Positions 19,958 to 28,802 of a DNA stretch of 57,638 bases are shown here, piece by piece. The notes under the pieces are model-generated. The model searched no databases. It was not told where the DNA came from and saw only the letters and a program-made list of their open reading frames with translations. The DNA comes from a virus (Duplodnaviria; Caudoviricetes): positions 1 through 57,638 of the IMG/VR virus record IMGVR_UViG_3300044630_007310. One strand, 5' to 3'. The stretch's first letter is position 1. Every line of letters begins with the position of its first letter. The position numbers and the translations under genes were made by a program.

Positions 19958-20583
19958 TGTTTATAAATATCAAATTTTGATAAGTCTGGATAAGGTAATT
20001 CCAAATCTTCATTAATCTTTTTTGTACCATCAGTGTTATAAAATTGACCCATTAGTAGTAGACCTCTCGCTGCTAATTCAGGCATCATATAAAAGTTCCA
20101 ACCTAACATATCGAAGTGGTCATCATGATAAGAACACTCTCTCCTACCTGAATATCTAGCTCTCTTAAACCAAAGATAGGCTTCGTAATTATCGGTTAGA
20201 ATAGCTCCTCCCTTTGATAACTTGAAGTGTTTATATGGTCCAGTGAATGATACACACATATGAGTTCCTGGTATATACATATCAGCAGTGAATCTTAAAG
20301 CAGAATCCCAGACATTAGAACCTTCTAGTTGGTAAGCTCCTTTAATTGTTTTCCCTTGAACTGGTTTAAATTTTACCTTAGCTCCTGCGTGTATAATTTC
20401 ACAAGGTACTGATGGATATGTTCTGGATGGAATTGTTAGTTCTTTACCCTTTACATTTTCATACATCATGGATAGAAAAAGAGCATTACTCTGATTATCT
20501 ACCGTTACAACATAAGGTGCTCCGGTATAATCAGATAAGGATTTTTCAAAATCTTCAGTTATTTTATAGACTCCATTTGCCAT
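19954..20583 (-). CDS. second short DegT-family aminotransferase
   Basis: FEKSLSDYTGAPYVVTVDNQSNAL, WDSA, SFTGPYKHFKLSKGGAILTD, LGWNFYM. Confidence 0.88.
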   Translation of the reverse strand: MANGVYKITEDFEKSLSDYTGAPYVVTVDNQSNALFLSMMYENVKGKELTIPSRTYPSVPCEIIHAGAKVKFKPVQGKTIKGAYQLEGSNVWDSALRFTADMYIPGTHMCVSFTGPYKHFKLSKGGAILTDNYEAYLWFKRARYSGRRECSYHDDHFDMLGWNFYMMPELAARGLLLMGQFYNTDGTKKINEDLELPYPDLSKFDIYKQ

Positions 20584-20590
20584 ATTATTA

Positions 20591-21412
20591 TTATTTTTTA
20601 ATTCTAGTATAATTTTTTGGATAAGGAAGAGCCTGCCAGTTAATTATTCTATTTTCTCTATATTCCTTTTCAAATTTATATTTTTCTGATAAACCATCGA
20701 TGTCATATCCTCCCTTAACTGTCCCTAAATTATATGTATATGTTTTATAATATTGTGAAACACTATAATTGTTTTTTGAAGCAAATTTTTGTAAATCCCC
20801 ATCGTATACTCCATTTGGACATTCAATTAAGTATTTTTTAAATAAATCAGTATTAATAGTTAATAAATGTCCCCTACACGGAGGAACCTGTACGTCAGAT
20901 ATCTCCTTCGAAGAAAAATTCTTAAATGTAAAATCAGGATTTTCAATGAATCTAGATGAGCTATTCTTTAAATTGTAAATTGAATCTGGTAGGGAATCAT
21001 TCTTTGTTTGAAACCCGATTATTCCAATACCGTTATCTGTATTAAATTCATTGATGAAATCAGTAAGCCAGCAGTCCTTTGTTGAATCTGAAAGAAGACA
21101 ATCTCCATCACTTACGATAGTATATGAAGATATAGGAGTATCATACTTGGTGTGCTCAGATTGAAACATATGAGGTATAATCTTCGTTCCGTGATTATTT
21201 TCATAGAAATAAGCCGCATATATTAAATTATTTTCAAGTAGTTCATTTAATTGACTTCTGATTTTTTCTGAATTTTTACTATAGTTATCGCCTACTATTA
21301 TTCTAACAGGGTGCTTAGTATACTTATGTATAGCCGAAATAACATCAATTATAGTATCGTCAAAAAAATACGAAATCATGTAAATGTTTATAGGTTGTAG
21401 GTTTAAATTCAT
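20591..21412 (-). CDS. GT2/GT-A-like glycosyltransferase
   Basis: IIVGDNYS, YTIVSDGD (DxD), GIGIIG, YDGDL. Confidence 0.65.
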   Translation of the reverse strand: MNLNLQPINIYMISYFFDDTIIDVISAIHKYTKHPVRIIVGDNYSKNSEKIRSQLNELLENNLIYAAYFYENNHGTKIIPHMFQSEHTKYDTPISSYTIVSDGDCLLSDSTKDCWLTDFINEFNTDNGIGIIGFQTKNDSLPDSIYNLKNSSSRFIENPDFTFKNFSSKEISDVQVPPCRGHLLTINTDLFKKYLIECPNGVYDGDLQKFASKNNYSVSQYYKTYTYNLGTVKGGYDIDGLSEKYKFEKEYRENRIINWQALPYPKNYTRIKK

Positions 21413-21421
21413 CTTAAATTT

Positions 21422-22105
21422 TTAGTTTATTTTATTTGATCCCTTAAATGAATTTCCTTCCAGATTATAATTAATAAAAGGATTTAGGGAATATATGTTA
21501 CATCCATATTTTTTACAAAGCTCTTTCTTTACATTGATGCTTTGATTTTCAATTACGCTTAACCATTTTTTATACTCTTCCCAATTTTTCCAAGGGGTCT
21601 CTGAAATGCTTTTATAATATCCATCGAAAACATGTTTATCATTAAGTAATCCACAGTCATGACCAACTATAATGATGTTTTTTGCTCCCATGTAAGCTGC
21701 CACATGTATTGCAGAAGTTATTGTAGAATAACTAACTATTATTTTATCAGAACCTAAGATAGAAAAATCAATTTGAGTGTGCCGATTTTCATTATGATCG
21801 AACACGTAAAAATTAAGGCCTTCATTGCCTTCTTGGTTCTTTTTCTTTTTTCCTTTTGTTATGTCTCCACTGTCCCATAAAGAACATATGACTTCAGCTC
21901 CAGATTGGATTGATTCTTTTATGTAAGATGCTTCCTTTCGAACTAGGTATTTACATTTAAACTTTCGATATACTTGATTGACTCCAATTGTTAGTTTTCC
22001 TTCAAAAAAAGAAGGATCAATATGATCAGATGATGGACCTGAGGCAATCACGTAAATATCGGAACCCCTATGTATATTCTTAAGATTAGAAATTGGACGT
22101 ATCAT
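21422..22105 (-). CDS. Maf/DUF115-like putative sugar transferase
   Basis: LKNIHRG..IYVIASGPS, TIGVN, SAIHVAAYMGAKNIIIVGHDC. Confidence 0.8.
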   Translation of the reverse strand: MIRPISNLKNIHRGSDIYVIASGPSSDHIDPSFFEGKLTIGVNQVYRKFKCKYLVRKEASYIKESIQSGAEVICSLWDSGDITKGKKKKNQEGNEGLNFYVFDHNENRHTQIDFSILGSDKIIVSYSTITSAIHVAAYMGAKNIIIVGHDCGLLNDKHVFDGYYKSISETPWKNWEEYKKWLSVIENQSINVKKELCKKYGCNIYSLNPFINYNLEGNSFKGSNKIN

Positions 22106-24489
22106 ATTCCTAATATTTTTTTATTAGCATCTCTAACTATATTAGCAATAAATCGCTCCATTGCATGTGCCATTGTTCCATCAGGTAAATGACCTAATTC
22201 AAAATCATTTGAAGTAATTCTATTTTCTTTAAATACCTGTTCAAGAAGATCAAATCTCATCCAAAACATTGACCCTGCAAAAAATTTAAGAGTAGAATCA
22301 TTAACATTAAATCTCCTTCTTAAAATATTTATTTTCTCAGCGTTTACATTTTTTCCTGCTTTATTATCAAAGGATGACATCCCAATTAAATATCTTTTAT
22401 CTCCAATCATTCCAATTTCATCATTAGAGAAGTTATTTATTATTTTAGACTTTGCATCTATTATTAGTTTAGTATATAAATTTTTTCTCCAAGATTCTCC
22501 TTTTCTTTCATTTATCAATTTGCTCTTTTTAGAATGAATTTTAAGAATCCAATCGTACTTTAAATTGTTATTGAAAATCAAATTTAAGGATTCAAAAAAT
22601 CCTCCAAAATCCGAACCTCTATTTTCAACTTTACTGATTTGAGCAGATGGATAATCCCTTAATATTTCAAGTTCAATGCTTGGATTATCTATACATAAGC
22701 TGACATATAGATCAAATTCAAATCCTAATTGATTTAAATTATTTTTAATTTCTGGCCAGATATCGATATAATATATGTGGCACATTACTGCTATCTTATT
22801 ATCGCTTTTACTTTTAATTAAACTCAAATTTAGCAAATTAAGTTCTCTTTTCCAAAGATCCTCTATTTTTTTATATCTCGATTCAAAATCTGATTTAGAA
22901 GGATCCCATGGTTTAGAACCAACATAGTGTATAATTTTTATGTTCGAATTAAATTGATTAAATTTATTATCGGGAAAACATCTCTTTAAACAGTTATATT
23001 CTATTCCTAGCATTGGAATGCCTCCTGGAAAAAATGAATTCATTATTGTTTGATCGGCAAGTACCATATCCTTCATGGTTTCCGCGTGATCGATTAATTT
23101 TTTCTTATATTCTTTATCTGATATCGAATGACTCAGTAGCAAAAATCCTCCATTAAATGTGGAATATTCCCTTTTAATATATTCACCTGCATCCGGAGTA
23201 ACTACTATATCGTGATTCAATTTAAATATCTCGGAAATATCATTTAATACTAACATATCCGAATCTAGATATAATATTTTATCAAAATATTTAATATCCT
23301 CAAAAACTTCAAATGTAAAAAGAGAAGGTATCAATCTACTCTGAGCCTTCTTCATTTTTAAGAATTTGTTTATTAATTTTTGATATTGAGATACATTAAC
23401 TGGCTTGAAGTCTATATCTTCGTATATAGATTTTGCTCTATTCATATTTGAGATTGATATAGGAGAATATTCATTATGATAATATACGATAATCTTTCCT
23501 TTAAACCAAACATTATTTCGTAGGAAGCTAGATAACATTACCATTAACCCATCTATAAACTCATTATTACATATTGTACATAAGGCAATATTTAGATCAT
23601 TAATCTTTACTCCAGATTTAGGATTTAAGTTTCCAATATTAAGGTGCTTTTTAGGTTCTATGATTTTATTTGGAATGGAAGGTAAACTTCTTTTATATTC
23701 TCTAGGCTTATGTAAATCATCAATTACAGATTTATTTAAATGATTCCAATATGTATTAATTCTGGAATAATTTTGACCCCCAAGTTCGCCTGTGTTCAGT
23801 TTAACTGCATAGATTCCTTTTTGATATCTAATAAATTCAGTATATCTATGATTTGGAAAATTAGAAGAGCTAATTAAATACTGATTGCTGAATCTTTTTA
23901 TTCTGTCTAGGGTAATAACCTTAATTAGAGAATTAGATACCGCATCTGATTTAAATATATTATCCCCGAGTAGATTTTCCTCCAATATTGGTCTTATTTT
24001 CATATTGATTATATTTGAAGGAATATACATCAGTGAATGATCTATTAATTCGATAGATTCAGTATCTAGAGATGGAAATTTTTGAGAAGATATAGTAACA
24101 GATAGTTTGTTGTCATTTAAGAATGAGGAAATATTTTTTTGAAAAAATACATTTCTTGAAAAATATATGCTTCCTTGAGATTTAATATCGAATGCCTTTA
24201 GATAAAGATGTTCTAATAATGAATTTGAATTCCATCCCTTTTTAGAAATCCTATTTTTAATTAATATCAGATCATCATCAGGTATTTCCAATATTTCGAT
24301 CTTATCATATAAAAGATTTATATTTTTTATATTTTCAGATGTTAAGGGATTTGATTTTAAAGTCAATACTATAACAGTTCCTTCAAACCAAGTATTATGT
24401 TTAATAAAGGTTGATATTGCTAGCCTTGAGTTGGCAAAGCACATGTTGCTAGCTTCGGTTATTGCGCAAAGGTCGTTATATATTTTCAT
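22102..24489 (-). CDS. multidomain glycosyltransferase: degenerate GT8-like + GT8 + RgpF-like (rhamnan synthesis) domain
   Basis: KILYLDSDMLV, FNGGFLL, DQTIMN, IIHYVGSKPW (GT8); IAVMCHIYY, VENRGSD, LKIHSKKS, FFAGSMFW, AHAMER (RgpF-like). Confidence 0.85.
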   Translation of the reverse strand: MKIYNDLCAITEASNMCFANSRLAISTFIKHNTWFEGTVIVLTLKSNPLTSENIKNINLLYDKIEILEIPDDDLILIKNRISKKGWNSNSLLEHLYLKAFDIKSQGSIYFSRNVFFQKNISSFLNDNKLSVTISSQKFPSLDTESIELIDHSLMYIPSNIINMKIRPILEENLLGDNIFKSDAVSNSLIKVITLDRIKRFSNQYLISSSNFPNHRYTEFIRYQKGIYAVKLNTGELGGQNYSRINTYWNHLNKSVIDDLHKPREYKRSLPSIPNKIIEPKKHLNIGNLNPKSGVKINDLNIALCTICNNEFIDGLMVMLSSFLRNNVWFKGKIIVYYHNEYSPISISNMNRAKSIYEDIDFKPVNVSQYQKLINKFLKMKKAQSRLIPSLFTFEVFEDIKYFDKILYLDSDMLVLNDISEIFKLNHDIVVTPDAGEYIKREYSTFNGGFLLLSHSISDKEYKKKLIDHAETMKDMVLADQTIMNSFFPGGIPMLGIEYNCLKRCFPDNKFNQFNSNIKIIHYVGSKPWDPSKSDFESRYKKIEDLWKRELNLLNLSLIKSKSDNKIAVMCHIYYIDIWPEIKNNLNQLGFEFDLYVSLCIDNPSIELEILRDYPSAQISKVENRGSDFGGFFESLNLIFNNNLKYDWILKIHSKKSKLINERKGESWRKNLYTKLIIDAKSKIINNFSNDEIGMIGDKRYLIGMSSFDNKAGKNVNAEKINILRRRFNVNDSTLKFFAGSMFWMRFDLLEQVFKENRITSNDFELGHLPDGTMAHAMERFIANIVRDANKKILGI

Positions 24490-25120
24490 TTAATTTATCT
24501 AAATCTTTTTGAGTATCTACATCAATTGGAGAATTTACAGGAAAAAACATTGTTTGATTATTGTATAGATTGTTATTTAAACTATTTATCATACTTGAAT
24601 TGAATATGCCTATAAAGTGACATAATTCAAAACATTTAGGATAATCCTGTCTTCTATATAAATCATGCCAAAATAATTGAGATCCTCGACCGTCTTCCTC
24701 CTCTTTTAAAATTAGAAAAGGGGTATGTTCTATCTCCTTTTTGCATAAGAGACTCTTGGCCTCATTTAGATGATAAAAATCAAGAGCCCTCTCAATATCA
24801 GACCATTTTCTCTCCGGATAGGTTAAATATAGTAGGATAATTTCTTCACCCTGTTCTAATTTTCCAGTAAGTATGAGATAATTTGTTGCCCAATTTAGGG
24901 TAAATTTCATTGAGGCCTCATCGGTTGCGGTCTCTTCTAATCTTTCAATTGATTGGAATTTATATTCCCGAGCTAATTTATGAATTTCAGGATCATCTGT
25001 TAATACTATTACGTGATCTTTATATTCATTAGGTATTGTATTAGCAGTGTGTCTAAATAGGGTTCTATTTTTACCAGGAAGTCCTTTAGATCCCATTCTA
25101 GCTGGTATTATTATTTTCAT
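24476..25120 (-). CDS. neuA: acylneuraminate cytidylyltransferase (CMP-nonulosonate synthetase) family
   Basis: IIIPARMGSKGLPGKN, VLTDD, LTYPER, RRQDYP, IDVDTQKD. Confidence 0.88.
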   Translation of the reverse strand: MKIIIPARMGSKGLPGKNRTLFRHTANTIPNEYKDHVIVLTDDPEIHKLAREYKFQSIERLEETATDEASMKFTLNWATNYLILTGKLEQGEEIILLYLTYPERKWSDIERALDFYHLNEAKSLLCKKEIEHTPFLILKEEEDGRGSQLFWHDLYRRQDYPKCFELCHFIGIFNSSMINSLNNNLYNNQTMFFPVNSPIDVDTQKDLDKLNENI

Positions 25121-25731
25121 AGTTTCATAAATTCCTCCAAGGTTATTTTTGGCACAGTATCAATCTGACTAGCGCTGCTTAAATTATAGAGAGGAACCCC
25201 TCTCTTTTCAAGTTCATGTTTAATTATAGAATATCCACCCCTAAGATCTTTAAGATATCCCATTCTGGCAAGAGAATGCTGACCGTCCTTAGGGGAATAG
25301 AAGTGCCCTTCTGTAAAATCTACCCCTATCATTCCAATCGCCCGGGCTCCCATTTTATATGCAATATTAATCGCAGTGTAAGGAGAATTTAAGAAATGAT
25401 CTACTTTAGACGGATCATCCAGATTACTGGCTCCTTTTTTTCCAAGATCGAAATGTATTATTTTTGGATTTCTCCAACCGCTAACACAAGTCAATAGTCC
25501 CTTGACTTCAGCCTCATTAATTAATTTCTTCCGATTATCATTAAATCGGTTAGGATGATCAGTAACTAGAAGATAGGTAGGATTAAATAGTGCAGGTACA
25601 TCATTGACTCCAATAGTAATAAAATTCTTGTGATGAGGCTCAAATTGCTTCAGGGAAATTCCGCATCCGCATACAATTATCTTTTCATCCTTATGAATAT
25701 TATGAAACTCTGTGAATTTTTTAGGTAGCAT
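25117..25731 (-). CDS. Maf/DUF115-like putative sugar transferase
   Basis: FHNIHKDEKIIVCGCGISL, ITIGVND, NSPYTAINIAYKMGARAIGMIGVDF. Confidence 0.8.
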   Translation of the reverse strand: MLPKKFTEFHNIHKDEKIIVCGCGISLKQFEPHHKNFITIGVNDVPALFNPTYLLVTDHPNRFNDNRKKLINEAEVKGLLTCVSGWRNPKIIHFDLGKKGASNLDDPSKVDHFLNSPYTAINIAYKMGARAIGMIGVDFTEGHFYSPKDGQHSLARMGYLKDLRGGYSIIKHELEKRGVPLYNLSSASQIDTVPKITLEEFMKL

Positions 25732-25735
25732 TTCG

Positions 25736-25781
25736 AAACCTTAAGTTTATTTTCTTATACAATATTAAATAAAATAAGTTT
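25736..25781. promoter_or_regulatory. overlapping divergent AAAC-N18-TA(C/T)AA(T/G) promoters
   Basis: + strand AAAC 25736-25739 / TACAAT 25758-25763 (towards dnaJ); - strand AAAC 25781-25778 / TATAAG 25759-25754 (towards sugar operon). Confidence 0.45.
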
Positions 25782-25790
25782 ACGTTAAAT

Positions 25791-26744
25791 TTGAAAGATT
25801 ATTATAAAATATTAAAGGTGTCTCAGGATGCAACTGATTCTGAGATTAAAAAGTCATACCGAAAACTGGCTCTGGAATTCCACCCAGATAAAAACCCTAA
25901 CAAAGAGGCAGAAGAATCTTTTAAAGAAATATCTGAGGCATACACTGTCTTATCTGATCCGGCTAAGAGAAAAGAATACGATTTAAAGAGGTCGCCAGGT
26001 GGAAGAAACGGAACTTTTGGTTTTGACGACTGGGTAAATGGATTTGCAAAAGATTTTGAAAATCAAGAAAATTTCGGTAGAGGATTCAAGCAGCGAACCT
26101 ATACTCGATCCTCTAAAGGGGCCCCAGATTCCAGATATTTAGATATAAAAAGATCGATTGATGTAGATCTAATAAACGCGATCGAAGGTAAGCCAATTGA
26201 AGTTTCCTATTCAAGATCCATGGTTTCAGGCGAATTAATAAAATCAGAAGAAGAAAAAACATTAAACATTCATCTTAATCTTAGAAAAAAATATGCAAAT
26301 ATTTCTGAAGAAGGAGGAGAATTATTAATCAAAATTCGGTTAGAAAAATTAGGAAATGAGGATATACATACTCGAGTTAACATGTGGGGAGAGAGGGAAA
26401 ATATCCTGCTTTTTGGGGATTATCATTTAACAGTAAAGATTAAATTACCGGAAGGTATTAAGTTAGAAGGTAATAATATTATACAGGAATTAGATGTCCC
26501 TCTATATAAGGTAATATTGCCTAGTAACAAAATCCGGATAAAAACCATGTTTAATAAAACCTACGAGGCTGAGGTAAATTCCCCAAATAGATTAAATGAT
26601 ATAAAATTAAATTTAAAGGACCAGGGGGTTCTAATTAAAGAAGGTGAAATCGGTAATTATATTATAAAATTTAATATCATTCCGCCTGATTTATCTAATT
26701 TAACTGGGGAAGATTTAAATGCCCTGGAGAAATTATTATCGTAA
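25791..26744 (+). CDS. dnaJ: DnaJ-family co-chaperone without zinc finger
   Basis: [33 protein letters not shown]; divergent C-terminal domains; TTG start. Confidence 0.85.
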   Translation: MKDYYKILKVSQDATDSEIKKSYRKLALEFHPDKNPNKEAEESFKEISEAYTVLSDPAKRKEYDLKRSPGGRNGTFGFDDWVNGFAKDFENQENFGRGFKQRTYTRSSKGAPDSRYLDIKRSIDVDLINAIEGKPIEVSYSRSMVSGELIKSEEEKTLNIHLNLRKKYANISEEGGELLIKIRLEKLGNEDIHTRVNMWGERENILLFGDYHLTVKIKLPEGIKLEGNNIIQELDVPLYKVILPSNKIRIKTMFNKTYEAEVNSPNRLNDIKLNLKDQGVLIKEGEIGNYIIKFNIIPPDLSNLTGEDLNALEKLLS

Positions 26745-26783
26745 ATATTACAAATAATTTTATTTTTTTTCATAAGAGTCCTA

Positions 26784-26792
26784 TATAAATAA
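26784..26792 (+). promoter_or_regulatory. T4-late consensus promoter TATAAATA(A)
   Basis: Exact T4 late -10 element upstream of the head operon. Confidence 0.65.
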
Positions 26793-26810
26793 TAAAAAAA
26801 TCAAGGACTC

Positions 26811-28784
26811 TTGAGTAATCTATCAAACAATTCCTCATATAACAACAGTGATGTTGTTTTAATCGTTGAAAACGTAGGTGAGGATCTAATGGTAAGAAAC
26901 AATGCCCCTAATAATATTGTATTAGAAGGTGTTTGTGCCGTTTTTGGAGCAAAGAATAATAATAACCGAGTTTATGAGAAAGACGAATATCTTCCTCATT
27001 TAGGTTATTTAAAAGATAAAATTTCTAAGAAGCAATTAGTTGGAGACCTAGATCACCCGCCTCATTTTGATGTTACTCTTAAGAGTGCATCTCACATAAT
27101 TGAGGGATTAGATTACGATGGTGGCAATAAAGTAAACATCAGATTAAGAATCCTAGAAAATACTCCAAATGGAAAAATTGCAAAGGCTCTCTTAGAAGGT
27201 GGTGTTGGACTTTCTATTTCTTCTAGAGCAGCAGGTCAGGTATTAAATGAGGGTAAAGTTAAATTACACCGAATTTTTACATATGATTTAGTTGGAGAAC
27301 CTGGATTTACTGAAGCTATTCTTAAAGAAACAGTAAGCGAATCTCTTAAAACTAACTTCAAAATGTTAACTGAAAGTTACGATCATCTTAAATCAGAATC
27401 TTTTGTAAATAAGAACGGATTAGTTGATATTTCTGAAAGTTTTAGTTTTGGTGAAAATGTATCAATCTATAAAATAAATAATCCTATAGAATCAGTTTTA
27501 GAGAATTCTATACAAACACAAAAAAATAATAACACAATGGCCGATCAGTTTGTAACAGCGGATTCAATGAATAAATATTCGAATCTCGTAAAAGAACAAA
27601 TTAACAGTATTAAGTCTGAATTGAAGAATCAAAAAAAGATTTTCGAATCTAATGGCGTTTCTGGTAAAGACGTAGACGTTGCTAAATTAGCAGGTTTCGT
27701 TAATTATTTAGCGGAACACTTAGAAGGAGTAATTAACTATTCAGACTATTTATCTGAAATGGTTAATAAGTCAGTTAAGTATACTGAGCATATAGCTGAG
27801 ACTACTAATAACGCAATCGAATACAGCAGCTATGTTGGAGAAAAATTAAATAAGAGCATTCAACATCAAGATTATATCGCAGAGAAATTGGATCAAACAA
27901 TTAATTATACTGAATATATCAAGGAGAATTTAAATAGTTCAATTAACTATCAAAACTATCTTGCTGAAGAAGTAGATAAAGGAATTCAATACACTGAGTA
28001 TGTTGCTGAAGGAGCTAATAAAGGAATTGAATTTGCTGAATATCTTTCTGAGAACATCAATATTAACAGAGACTATATGCAATATGTTGCTGAAAAATCA
28101 GCTCAGGGAATCGGCTACACTGAGTACTTAGCAGAACAATTAAATAGTGGTTTAGATGTTGCTAAAAGAAATGTATTAGGCGGAGCTTCTAAATTGAACG
28201 AGTCTCAATCAGTAGATCAATTAATTGGAAAAGTTGATGAAGTTATTGCTAATGTTAATTCAACTTCTTCTAAAAAAGTATTAGAATCAAGATATCCTTT
28301 CTTAAAGGTTATGAATGAGAATAACAGAGAAAGATTCTATAAATTAGATACTGCTACTAAACAATCAGTGGTTGAAACTTTAGGAGCTGCAATTTGGTTT
28401 ACCGAAGCAGATGTTTTAGGAATAATCGAATCAGTAGTAGATAATAAAATGCAACACATCCCTGCTCATGTTAGATTTATGCCAGACGAATATAAACCAG
28501 TTTGGAATTTAATGAATGAGTCAGAGAAAAATAGAATTCATGCTAAATCTCAACTTTATACATTGAATACTTCTTATCAAGTTAGAGCCTTTTGGGACGA
28601 ACAAGATTTAAGAGGAATTAATGAAAGAGTTGAATTAGAGAAAAATAATGCTAAAATGCATAAGCTTAACGAAAGCCAAGGTACAGAAGGTATGATATCC
28701 GTAGATCGGATAGTTGAGCATCAAAGAGGATATACCTCTAATTACCTAGATACTTTAATGCGCGGAGCACAGTATCGCAAATAA
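26811..28784 (+). CDS. prohead protease (gp21-like) fused to scaffold/core domain
   Basis: LEGV..., NNNNRVY, GDLDHP, SHII, TPNGKIAKALL, SISSRAAG, YDLVGEPGF; long helical C-terminus with 14-aa repeats; directly upstream of the capsid gene. Confidence 0.88.
   Translation: MSNLSNNSSYNNSDVVLIVENVGEDLMVRNNAPNNIVLEGVCAVFGAKNNNNRVYEKDEYLPHLGYLKDKISKKQLVGDLDHPPHFDVTLKSASHIIEGLDYDGGNKVNIRLRILENTPNGKIAKALLEGGVGLSISSRAAGQVLNEGKVKLHRIFTYDLVGEPGFTEAILKETVSESLKTNFKMLTESYDHLKSESFVNKNGLVDISESFSFGENVSIYKINNPIESVLENSIQTQKNNNTMADQFVTADSMNKYSNLVKEQINSIKSELKNQKKIFESNGVSGKDVDVAKLAGFVNYLAEHLEGVINYSDYLSEMVNKSVKYTEHIAETTNNAIEYSSYVGEKLNKSIQHQDYIAEKLDQTINYTEYIKENLNSSINYQNYLAEEVDKGIQYTEYVAEGANKGIEFAEYLSENININRDYMQYVAEKSAQGIGYTEYLAEQLNSGLDVAKRNVLGGASKLNESQSVDQLIGKVDEVIANVNSTSSKKVLESRYPFLKVMNENNRERFYKLDTATKQSVVETLGAAIWFTEADVLGIIESVVDNKMQHIPAHVRFMPDEYKPVWNLMNESEKNRIHAKSQLYTLNTSYQVRAFWDEQDLRGINERVELEKNNAKMHKLNESQGTEGMISVDRIVEHQRGYTSNYLDTLMRGAQYRK
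27696..28157 (+). repeat. 11 tandem 14-aa (42-nt) protein repeats
   Basis: FVNYLAEHLEGVIN / YSDYLSEMVNKSVK / ... / YTEYLAEQLNSGLD; consensus YxEY[LIV]AExxxxxIx. Confidence 0.9.
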
Positions 28785-28802
28785 AAAAAATCATTTTAAA
28801 AA

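Noticed and set aside
14287-25731. Sugar cluster as a host capsule/LPS locus (prophage boundary or misassembly)
   Set aside because: No wzx/wzy/kps genes; it overlaps a phage gene at one end, shares a promoter region with dnaJ at the other, and includes small phage-type ORFs; read-level confirmation not possible here
27696-28157. Regular 42-nt periodicity as a possible CRISPR or DNA repeat array
   Set aside because: Conserved at protein level only, with no identical nucleotide repeats or spacers; no cas genes
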